Assembly: GCA_041557775.1 (NCBI GenBank)
Contig: JBFFFX010000001.1
Span: forward strand, 1 to 27,271
DNA from: Acidimicrobiia bacterium
Lineage (GTDB): Bacteria; Actinomycetota; Acidimicrobiia; Spongiisociales; UBA5794
Direction: 5' to 3'
DNA length: 27,271 nucleotides
In this document: positions 25,600-27,271 of the stretch, piece after piece
How the letters are laid out: each line of letters begins with the position of its first letter
Numbering within the stretch: the first letter of the stretch is position 1
Notes under the pieces: generated by a model
The model's input: only the letters and a program-made list of their open reading frames with translations
Told to the model about the DNA's origin: nothing
Database searches by the model: none
Program-made: the position numbers and the translations under genes

Positions 25600-26871
25600 A
25601 TGTCACCATTGCCCGACCATCTCTTGCCCGACACCGCTCGCGTCGACGAGAACGGGCAGCTCGTCATCGGTGGCTGCAACACGCTCGAGCTGGCCGACCG
25701 CTTCGGAACACCGTTGTTCGTGTACGACGTCGCCCACCTGCGCGCCCGGTGCCGGGAAGCTCGGGCGGCTTTTGGCGATGGCGCGATCTATGCCGCCAAG
25801 GCCTTCATGTGCAAGGCCATGGTGCGCATCGTGGCGGAAGAAGGGCTGCGGATGGACGTCGCCACCGGGGGAGAGCTGCACACGGCCCTCGCCGCCGGCT
25901 TCCCCCCGGACCGGCTCGTGATGCACGGCAACAACAAGACGGTCGCCGAGCTGCAGCGCGCCGTCGACGCCGGCGTGGGCCGCATCGTGGTGGACAGCTT
26001 CGACGAGTTGGACCGCCTCGAGGCGCTGGCTGCGGAGCGCACCGAGCCGATTCCGATCCTGCTGCGCATCACGCCGGGCGTCGAGGCCCACACCCACGAG
26101 TACACCGCCACCGGGCACGACGACACGAAGTTCGGGTTCACCGTGTCCTCCGGACTGGCGACACAAGCGGTCGAGCGCACGCAGCGGATCGCCGGCCTCG
26201 ATCTGCACGGCGTGCACGCCCACATCGGCTCGCAGGTGTTCCGCGTCGAGTCGTTCGCCGAGGCGCTGGCCGTCGTGGCTGCGTTCGCCGAGCCGTACGG
26301 ATTCGCAGAGATCACCACCGGCGGCGGTCTCGGCGTCGCGTATGTGGTGGGGGAGCAGGCGCCGAGCCTCACCGAGTGGGCGGAGGTACTCGGAGAAGCC
26401 AAGCGTCGCGCCGGACTCACGGCACGACTTTCGGTGGAGCCGGGGCGAGCCATCGTTGCCACCGCTGCGGTCACGCTGTACACGGTCGGCACCATCAAGC
26501 CGCTCCCCGGCATCCGCACGTATGTCGCCGTCGATGGCGGGATGAGCGACAACCCTCGGCCGGTGCTGTACGACAGCGGATACGAGACGTTCCTGCCCCG
26601 GGCCGTCGCGGCCGAGCGGGACGCGACGATCCGCCTCGTCGGCAAGCACTGCGAGTCCGGCGACGTGCTGGTCCGGAGCGGCCTGGTGCCGTCCGACATG
26701 CGGATCGGCGACATCATCGCCACGCCGGTCACGGGCGCCTACGGCCATTCCATGGGCTCGAACTACAACAAGGTCCCGCGCCCCGCGGTGGTGTTCGTCG
26801 AGGCCGGCGAAGCCCGCCTCGTCGTCCGTCGCGAGACGTACGACGATCTCCTTGCCACCGACGTGGGCTGA
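25600..26871 (+). CDS. lysA: Diaminopimelate decarboxylase
   Basis: FGTPLFVYD, YAAKAF (PLP lysine), HGNNK, KFG, HAHIGSQ, GGGLG, VEPGR, VDGGMSDN.RP.LY, GKHCESGD, GAY...M.SNYN. Confidence 0.93.
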   Translation: MSPLPDHLLPDTARVDENGQLVIGGCNTLELADRFGTPLFVYDVAHLRARCREARAAFGDGAIYAAKAFMCKAMVRIVAEEGLRMDVATGGELHTALAAGFPPDRLVMHGNNKTVAELQRAVDAGVGRIVVDSFDELDRLEALAAERTEPIPILLRITPGVEAHTHEYTATGHDDTKFGFTVSSGLATQAVERTQRIAGLDLHGVHAHIGSQVFRVESFAEALAVVAAFAEPYGFAEITTGGGLGVAYVVGEQAPSLTEWAEVLGEAKRRAGLTARLSVEPGRAIVATAAVTLYTVGTIKPLPGIRTYVAVDGGMSDNPRPVLYDSGYETFLPRAVAAERDATIRLVGKHCESGDVLVRSGLVPSDMRIGDIIATPVTGAYGHSMGSNYNKVPRPAVVFVEAGEARLVVRRETYDDLLATDVG

Positions 26872-27109
26872 CACAGCGGCCGTTCGCCTCGATGCCGGTC
26901 GGAATCTCCCTGGGTGTCACGGGTCTGAATCGAGACTCGAGCGGAACGAAGGAGTTGAGTGCTGGCGTCGATCGAGAGCATCGACGGAATCGGGCCGACC
27001 TGATCCGGGTCAAAGGCTTTGGCTGCAAGTACAGCGACCCTCTCGAAGCGCCGGCGTCGACGGTTCCGGCAGCGCCTCGTTCGCCCCCGTTGTCCTGGTT
27101 GAGCGGAAG

Positions 27110-27271
27110 CTAGACGAAGTAGTAGACGTCCTCGGCTTCGAGGGTCAGCGGGTCGCGGCCGCGCTTGCGGAGCCAGGAGTAGACGGGCGGCACCCGATCG
27201 GCGATCGACTCGACCCGGACGTCGATGAGGCTCGGTCCGTTGTAGTCGAAGGCGCGTTCGAGCGCCAGCGA
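27110..27271 (-). CDS. C-terminal end of a probable thiamine-diphosphate-dependent enzyme (acetolactate-synthase-like); gene begins beyond the window
   Basis: Manual translation of the minus strand gives SLALERAFDYNGPSLIDVRVESIADRVPPVYSWLRKRGRDPLTLEAEDVYYFV*. 'ALERAF...GPSLIDV' is the usual end of the TPP-binding C domain. Confidence 0.6.
   Translation of the reverse strand, partial: SLALERAFDYNGPSLIDVRVESIADRVPPVYSWLRKRGRDPLTLEAEDVYYFV

Noticed and set aside
25603-26874. 423-aa minus-strand ORF exactly overlapping lysA
   Set aside because: Antisense shadow: high GC3 codon usage removes stop codons in the complementary frame, and the translation has no recognisable motifs.
26872-27109. 238-bp gap between convergent lysA and the TPP-enzyme gene, with a short inverted repeat CGTCGAT/ATCGACG (26966-26986)
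   Set aside because: The stem is only 7 bp with no U-tract, and I recognise no ncRNA, tRNA or riboswitch motif. A lysine riboswitch would be upstream of lysA, where only 32 nt are available.
25500-27113. 537-aa plus-strand ORF, and similar long Arg-rich ORFs such as 32-1375 and 18240-19619
   Set aside because: These are alternative-frame read-throughs over well-supported genes, expected in high-GC DNA.
1-27271. CRISPR arrays, IS elements, integrases, rRNA or tRNA genes
   Set aside because: I saw no regularly spaced direct repeats, no transposase or integrase motifs in the ORF track, and no recognisable structural RNA in the intergenic gaps. This was by eye only; tRNAscan-SE or Infernal would be decisive.

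Overview
A gene-dense, high-GC window that looks actinobacterial (F420-type LLM oxidoreductase, actinobacterial-type LysA); Acidimicrobiia is a guess. It holds about 28 coding regions and no recognisable rRNA, tRNA, CRISPR array or mobile element. The left half (1-12.8 kb) is mixed accessory metabolism: LLM oxidoreductase, GerW/YtfJ protein, ABC-2 exporter, orphan DegT aminotransferase, CNNM/HlyC protein, thioredoxin-CcdA fusion, hydrolases, TfoX-N, YbaK, and a divergent pair of acyl-CoA ligases. 13.1-20.4 kb is a family-5 (Dpp/Opp-like) ABC importer coupled to an atypical SDR and an MFS. The main candidate for an undescribed system is 20.4-25.6 kb. An RpiR regulator lies divergent from an operon encoding a KamA-family radical-SAM 2,3-aminomutase, PcaI/PcaJ-type 3-oxoadipate CoA-transferase subunits and a beta-amino-acid-type class III transaminase; lysA follows. 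In the aminomutase, the lysine-binding Asp293 and Asp330 of lysine 2,3-aminomutase are not conserved and Asp293 aligns to Arg. The gene set reads as a catabolic route alpha-amino diacid -> beta-amino diacid -> 3-oxo diacid -> 3-oxoacyl-CoA. The leading hypothesis is 2-aminoadipate -> 3-aminoadipate -> 3-oxoadipate -> 3-oxoadipyl-CoA. Substrate assignments are inference from manual comparison with reference sequences recalled from memory; no searches were run.
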